Assembly: GCA_030431715.1 (NCBI GenBank)
Contig: JAUIIO010000004.1
Coordinates: 977-64,976, forward strand
DNA: 64,000 bases
Reading direction: 5' to 3'
Source: a bacterium
GTDB lineage: Bacteria; Bdellovibrionota_C; UBA2361; RFPC01
The position numbers and the translations under genes were made by a program. Position 1 is the first letter of the stretch. Each line of letters starts with the position of its first letter. This document shows, piece after piece, positions 58,774 through 64,000 of this stretch. The notes below the pieces were generated by a model that ran no database searches, had not been told where the DNA came from, and was given only the letters and a program-made list of their open reading frames with translations.

Positions 58774-59562
58774 ATGAAACAACAAAAACTTACAATAGGT
58801 AGCATTCTTGTCGGATGTCTCTTGCTTGTCTGTCAGAGCGCATTCGCGAGAGATGTGGATTATAACGATGCTGAGATATCGGTACGTGTTAAGCCGGGTG
58901 AGCCAACTCAAATAGAATTTCCAGGGGAAGTTTCAGGTGGTTTTCGTAAGAAGCTCTCATCTCTTTCCATAGATAAAAAAGGAGATGACCTCATCCTCTT
59001 CTCAAACGAACTTCTCACCCCAGAAGGAGAAGCTATTATCGTTCGGCTTAAAGACGGAAGAAATTACTCTATTCGTGTGAAGCGCTCAACTGAAGAGGCG
59101 CCGCGTGATGACGTTGTCCGAATTTATGATACCAGAGCATCGATCATTAGCAGCGAAGAAGAGCTTCCACCGTATGCTTCACCAAACGTGAAAAAAGCGA
59201 GTTCGAATCAGGTCAGCGGTTTTATGCGCGAGATGATTCTGGCAATGGAGTTTGGAAAGAATGGAATTCCGGGTTACCGCGTAAGTGAACGATTTAAGGG
59301 AGAAACCGTACTTGATGATGGTACGCTTCGAGCAACCATTGAACGAATATACATGGGGCCAAACTACTGGGGGTACGTTATTGAAGCTACCAATCTTCTC
59401 GATGAGACCAGACAGTTAAATCCAGCTACGTTTCGTCTCGATGGGACACGAGCGATATCGCTCAATAACTACGAGCTCTCTCCCCGTCCGCTCAATATTG
59501 AGCAGCAGATTGCAAAGAAGCATAAAGCGAAAGTGTACGTGATTACGAAAGCGAAGAGGTAA
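58774..59562 (+). CDS. traK: TraK-like (F-type secretin-like core complex) protein
   Basis: Signal peptide, PTQIEFP, GYVIEATN, LNPATFRLDGTRAISL...LSP; synteny. Confidence 0.75.
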   Translation: MKQQKLTIGSILVGCLLLVCQSAFARDVDYNDAEISVRVKPGEPTQIEFPGEVSGGFRKKLSSLSIDKKGDDLILFSNELLTPEGEAIIVRLKDGRNYSIRVKRSTEEAPRDDVVRIYDTRASIISSEEELPPYASPNVKKASSNQVSGFMREMILAMEFGKNGIPGYRVSERFKGETVLDDGTLRATIERIYMGPNYWGYVIEATNLLDETRQLNPATFRLDGTRAISLNNYELSPRPLNIEQQIAKKHKAKVYVITKAKR

Positions 59563-59568
59563 GTAACG

Positions 59569-60750
59569 ATGAGTATGAAGCAGAGACTTGAAGATACCCT
59601 CTTACTCTTACGTGAGAATAGGAAGGCACAGTTCGTAGCCATATGTATTATGGGAGCAATCGCCTTTCTGATTGTAGGGGGTGGATCCAACCCACGACGA
59701 GCTCAGCAACCCGTTTCTCAGCAAGCGGATCTCCCGATCGATACCGCATCTGGAGCTAAGCGAGCAGAGCAGGCATATGAGGATTATACAACTTCACTTC
59801 GCCAGACAACGAAAGATATCAAAATACAGAATAAGCAGCTTCAAGAAGAGCTTGCTGAAATGAGAGAGCGCAGAGAAGAAGATCAACGCAAAGTCGCTGA
59901 GATTATGAAAGTGCTTATTCAGCGTGTTGAAGCCAACGAGAAATCAGCAGCGCCTCGTCAGGGAGGAGATGCCGATCCCGTTATTTACGCCGATGATGAT
60001 GGTATTGCCGATCCTGAGACAGAAGAGCTTACAAGCTTTGGAGACATTGATGACAATCAGGTTGTGCCACCACCACCGCCTGCACCAAATCTCGATGCCT
60101 ACATTTCACCAGCAGACTCTGTCCGAGTACAACTTCTTGCCGGGGTAAATGCTCCGACAGATGGAACGCCGTATCCGGTTATCTTCAAGCTGCTCAGTGA
60201 TATTCGCGGACCAGATGGGTCAGCTCTTCCGCTGGGAGAAGCAAGGCTTATCGCCGCAGCTCAAGGATCGCTTACTGATGCTCGTGCGCTCTTTCGACTC
60301 ACAACCCTTAGTATGAGATTCCCTGATGGCTCGAGAAGAGACGTTGAAGTGGATGGTTGGATTGTTGGTGAGGACGGTATCCGAGGAATGGAAGGTCAGC
60401 TCATCGACCCACTGGGAAAAGCGCTCGGTGCAGCATTTGTAACTGGAACGCTTAGTGGACTTGGTCAGGGAATCGCGGGAGCTCAGACAACCACAACGAT
60501 TACCAACACCGGACAACCCTATTCCTATGTAGACGGGGACACGCTGAGCTTTGCGCTTGGACGTGGACTTCAGGGAGCGTCTAGTGAATGGAGTGAGATT
60601 ATCCGTGAACGGCTACAACAGCTTGTGCCGGTTGTAAAAGTTTTTTCAGGAAGAGAAGCAACAGCAGTATTTGCACGACCTGTTCGTATAGATGGTCTGT
60701 ACGAGATGCTCACCGTTGCTGAAACGGACATATACGGAACACTAGATTAG
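59569..60750 (+). CDS. traB: TraB/VirB10-like core complex protein
   Basis: TM segment, coiled coil, Pro-rich linker, LLAGVNAP, PVIFKL, GWIVGEDGIRGMEG. Confidence 0.88.
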   Translation: MSMKQRLEDTLLLLRENRKAQFVAICIMGAIAFLIVGGGSNPRRAQQPVSQQADLPIDTASGAKRAEQAYEDYTTSLRQTTKDIKIQNKQLQEELAEMRERREEDQRKVAEIMKVLIQRVEANEKSAAPRQGGDADPVIYADDDGIADPETEELTSFGDIDDNQVVPPPPPAPNLDAYISPADSVRVQLLAGVNAPTDGTPYPVIFKLLSDIRGPDGSALPLGEARLIAAAQGSLTDARALFRLTTLSMRFPDGSRRDVEVDGWIVGEDGIRGMEGQLIDPLGKALGAAFVTGTLSGLGQGIAGAQTTTTITNTGQPYSYVDGDTLSFALGRGLQGASSEWSEIIRERLQQLVPVVKVFSGREATAVFARPVRIDGLYEMLTVAETDIYGTLD

Positions 60751-60771
60751 AAATTTTATCGAGGTAGTATT

Positions 60772-61194
60772 ATGAAAAAATATATCACACTACTTAGTCT
60801 CTCACTCCTAGTATCAGGATGTTCGACTATGGGTAATATCTTAAACCCATTTTATGAAACTCCTGGACCTGAAGCTTTTAAGGGGCAACCAAACGATCAC
60901 GCGCTAAACGAGGAACGAGGAAAAGAGCAGGACGCACGGGCGCAGCTGGATCAGATGGCGACCTATGAGAGAGCCCACGCTCCCAAGCCGGTAAATCCTG
61001 TAGTACAGCCAGCAGTTGTAAGACTTATGTGGATTCCAGATCACCTAAACACCTCAGGAGATCTCGTTCCTGCTCACTACTACTATCTTAAAGTTTTAGA
61101 TGACCGCTGGAAGGTAACTGACGTGTTTGATCGTGAATCACAGCTTCAAACAGGAGGAGCTTCGGGCGCGATACCGTATGTCCCCGGCAATTAA
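60772..61194 (+). CDS. traV: TraV-like lipoprotein
   Basis: Lipobox VSGC; P.V.RLMWIPDHLNTSGDLVPAHYYY...W (TraV C-terminal signature). Confidence 0.8.
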   Translation: MKKYITLLSLSLLVSGCSTMGNILNPFYETPGPEAFKGQPNDHALNEERGKEQDARAQLDQMATYERAHAPKPVNPVVQPAVVRLMWIPDHLNTSGDLVPAHYYYLKVLDDRWKVTDVFDRESQLQTGGASGAIPYVPGN

Positions 61195-61218
61195 CAGGGA
61201 CACTGAAAGGGTTTTACT

Positions 61219-61695
61219 ATGTTTTTTAGAAATGCTTTAACCATAACACTTCTAGGCGCGGTAGCACTACCTCTAAGCTCTTGCTCTAGAGCGTATGTTA
61301 CCAACGATGAGCCGCCCAGAGTGAACCGTATAGCGAGGCGACAGCTGCCTCCTGAGCCTGTGTATAATCGGCTGCGCTGGGTACACCTGCCGTATACCAT
61401 CCCCACTGCCGATCGCCCACACTCAGATACGGCGCTTATGCCAATTTATCACCTTGAGCTTGCAGAGAATTCTCTTAAAGAAGCCGCGGCAGCACTCGCC
61501 TCTACAGCGCGATACTCAAGCTACTGTTCTGAACTTATTGCAGAAGATGTCATTTCTATTAGTACGCTCGGAACTATTGAAGAATTAGCGACGCAGATCG
61601 AAGAGCAAGCCGGAATAGAGGTTGTAGTCGATCACGAGAATAAAGAGGTGCGTTTTTTACCTCTCGATGCGACCAGTAATGGAGAAAATGCATGA
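61219..61695 (+). CDS. Lipoprotein with N0/STN-like domain (DotD-like)
   Basis: Lipobox LSSC; SLKEAAAALA..ARY...VISIST..IEELATQIEEQAG..VVVD....VRF. Confidence 0.6.
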   Translation: MFFRNALTITLLGAVALPLSSCSRAYVTNDEPPRVNRIARRQLPPEPVYNRLRWVHLPYTIPTADRPHSDTALMPIYHLELAENSLKEAAAALASTARYSSYCSELIAEDVISISTLGTIEELATQIEEQAGIEVVVDHENKEVRFLPLDATSNGENA

Positions 61696-64000
61696 GTCTA
61701 AGTAGAATTACACGAGAGCGTCTCTATAAAGATGAAACGCTTTTTAATCAGCTGCTCCCCTTTCACCGCTATGATGATAAGCGCGGAGTATTTGTGCACG
61801 TTGATGCCTCTCTGTGGTCAATCTGGGAACTTCAGCCGAAGTGGATAACCAGCACATCAGATGCCGAAGCATTTGATCTGACCAATAGAATCCAAGAGAT
61901 GGTTGATGCCCTCGATCATACTATCAGTGTTCAATTTAATTGGATTACGACATTTGATATTGAAGATGAACTGAGAAAAAATCTCACAGAGTATCCAACT
62001 ACCGGTGTGGCTGGTTGGATGGCTCGTCGCTGGACACGTATGCTTCGCAATTCTGCTCGGAATGGCAGGCAGGGTGTTCGCCCGCGAAAGCTTCGTCTCG
62101 TAGTTTCTTTTCGGTATGATCCCTCGTGGAGAGCGACAAATGCGCTGGACCGAATGAAGCGTTCTCTCGAAATGCTTTTTAAGGGTAAGGTTGGGGTGTC
62201 TGCCAAAGAGCGTCAGGCAGAATATATTAACTATACCAACAGATTTCGAGGTACCATCGAAGGTACGATTAGTAAGCTAGCAGATCTCGGTTTTCAACCA
62301 CGAAAAGTTGATGGCCAAGGAATTATTAATCTCCTCTACCCACTTTTAAATAGAAGAAGTACAAAAGCTGGAAAGTTCCGCAGAGGAAAAAACACAGCAG
62401 TGCCGGTCCCGGCATACGATCCGGATGATTTTCTGGCAAATCAGATATCAGAGACTCCGGCGGAACACCCGGAAGGTGGGATCGTTAAAAAAGACGGGAA
62501 GTTTTACCGCACGGTGAGTCTTGTAAAGTCCCCGAAGCAGGCCTTTCCACTGATGTTGACCTCTCTTCAATCGTCGGCATATGAGAATATAATCTCTGTC
62601 ACATTTTCAAAGGATTCTCAGGAGAAACAGCTTAAAAGACTTGATACGCTTGATGGTATGCTCGGGCTACGTGAAGTCACTGGAATGGGACGAGCCAACC
62701 AGAAAATTCAACACCAGATCGCATCTATTCGAGCTGCACGGTCTGAGCTTTACAGCAATAAGTGCCAGATCGGGCGTGTGGGAGTTCATCAAACGTTTAT
62801 CTGTCAGACAAAAGAAGAAGCCATACGTGCAGCTTCTGAGTCTCTCGCTACATTTCCGCAGATGAATGGTGCAAGAGGGATGACGCATACAATTGCCGAT
62901 CTTGGAGTTATCGTGAATTCACTTCCTGGGTGCTACGACCCTGAGACAGATGGACCTGGATGGACTAACACCATGCGCTCCTCTCGTGCTGTCAGAATGT
63001 TTCCACTTTGGGGAAACTGGAAAGGAAGTCGCGGAAGTCTTTTTACACTTCCAAGTCTCTGGAACAGAGAATTGGTAAGTTTTGATTTCTATGATTCAGA
63101 TATCGCACCGAACGTTCTCATTAGTGGAGTCTCTGGTGCTGGTAAGAGTTACCTGCTCTGCTACCTGCTTATTTCAATGAACCGTGGTCACTACTCAACA
63201 CTTACAACTGGACGCAAAGTAGAGCGAAAGCCTATTACATTCGTCTTTGATAAGGGAATGCCTGGACAGCCTTGTGGTTTTGAGAAGGTAGCCAAGCTGT
63301 TTGGTGGAAGAATCTATGAAGCAAGCCCTTCAAAAGCACCGGCCATGAACTTCCTTGCGAGACTTGGTCAGACGCAACCAGACGTTACCAATGAAGATTA
63401 TAAGGATCTCATCGATATCGGAGCTGATATTATATGTGATATGGCGACAGAGGGCACAAAGACCCTTGATAGATTGGATAAAGCTGCCGTAACTGAGTCC
63501 CTTATTGAGGCTCATCGGGTCTACCGCAGTGGTCCAATGAAGCGTGAGTTTATCCTCAGTGATGTGGTCGCGCTCCTCAGAGCCCCGCAACGAGTTAATG
63601 AGAATACGGACTCAACGACAAGACGTCAGCGCGTGGCAACACTTATTGGCGATTATTATGGTAGCGGTATTTATGCAAGTTTCTTTGATAGACCGGGAAG
63701 TCTTGAGCTCAAAGAGCGGTTTATCGTATTTGATCTTAAAGCTTTGAGTAGAAACCCCGATCTGCAACGGATCTTTCTTAAGATAGCAATGCTCTGGGCA
63801 GATACGGTGATGAACGATCCGCGAGAGCTAGATACTCGTAAGATTCTCGTTTTTGATGAGGCTCACGATCTTATTGGAAAAAGCTCATCAGCAACCGTTG
63901 AAACCGCGTTCCGACTTTACCGTAAGCGTAAAGGGATCGTAATTGCGGCGTCGCAGTCTGGTGAAGATTTTTACTCTGGTGATGGTGGACAGGCCATTGT
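61692..64000 (+). CDS. traC: TraC/VirB4 ATPase (3' end runs off the window)
   Basis: Not in the ORF track. ATG 61692 overlaps the upstream stop. In-frame Walker A ISGVSGAGKS (~63120), FVFDKG, Walker B ILVFDEAH (~63843), FRLYRKR, ASQS. Confidence 0.92.
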   Translation, partial: MSLSRITRERLYKDETLFNQLLPFHRYDDKRGVFVHVDASLWSIWELQPKWITSTSDAEAFDLTNRIQEMVDALDHTISVQFNWITTFDIEDELRKNLTEYPTTGVAGWMARRWTRMLRNSARNGRQGVRPRKLRLVVSFRYDPSWRATNALDRMKRSLEMLFKGKVGVSAKERQAEYINYTNRFRGTIEGTISKLADLGFQPRKVDGQGIINLLYPLLNRRSTKAGKFRRGKNTAVPVPAYDPDDFLANQISETPAEHPEGGIVKKDGKFYRTVSLVKSPKQAFPLMLTSLQSSAYENIISVTFSKDSQEKQLKRLDTLDGMLGLREVTGMGRANQKIQHQIASIRAARSELYSNKCQIGRVGVHQTFICQTKEEAIRAASESLATFPQMNGARGMTHTIADLGVIVNSLPGCYDPETDGPGWTNTMRSSRAVRMFPLWGNWKGSRGSLFTLPSLWNRELVSFDFYDSDIAPNVLISGVSGAGKSYLLCYLLISMNRGHYSTLTTGRKVERKPITFVFDKGMPGQPCGFEKVAKLFGGRIYEASPSKAPAMNFLARLGQTQPDVTNEDYKDLIDIGADIICDMATEGTKTLDRLDKAAVTESLIEAHRVYRSGPMKREFILSDVVALLRAPQRVNENTDSTTRRQRVATLIGDYYGSGIYASFFDRPGSLELKERFIVFDLKALSRNPDLQRIFLKIAMLWADTVMNDPRELDTRKILVFDEAHDLIGKSSSATVETAFRLYRKRKGIVIAASQSGEDFYSGDGGQAI

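Noticed and set aside
61931-63747. Short ORFs at the window end suggesting a fragmented region
   Set aside because: The traC start, Walker A and Walker B share one frame from 61692; the track omitted this ORF because its stop lies outside the window.
1-64000. CRISPR array, tRNA, rRNA, IS/transposase, integrase, prophage genes
   Set aside because: No regularly spaced repeats, cloverleaf or rRNA-like segments, or recognisable mobile-element proteins seen by eye; intergenic gaps are short.

Overview
This is a gene-dense bacterial chromosomal window. I saw no rRNA, tRNA, CRISPR array, transposase or integrase. A Bd0055-type histone and a tandem Lrp/AsnC regulator suggest a Bdellovibrionota-like lineage (inference). 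Housekeeping and metabolic genes are thrA (partial), a FadJ-type multifunctional enzyme, argS and pckA. Also present are a DUF4956+VTC pair, a hybrid histidine kinase, an M48 protease, a ~13 kb surface-glycan cluster (Wzx, GT2 x3, GT4 x3, GT-C-like, SGNH, methyltransferase), a large beta-propeller surface protein, an orphan flagellin-like gene with a sigma28-like promoter and two divergent arylsulfotransferases. Three items stand out. (1) A type IV secretion locus (52.8 kb to the window end) has F-type traL-E-K-B-V-C order, a DotD-like lipoprotein, a soluble protein at the pilin position, and a divergent coupling protein plus a 666-aa partner. No relaxase or integrase is visible, so it may be a domesticated hybrid effector-secretion system. 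(2) A two-gene operon pairs a very divergent IMPDH/GMPR-fold enzyme with a Ham1/ITPase; both have altered base-recognition motifs. (3) A bacterial histone lies next to the T4SS. All family calls come from motif recognition by eye; no database search was run.
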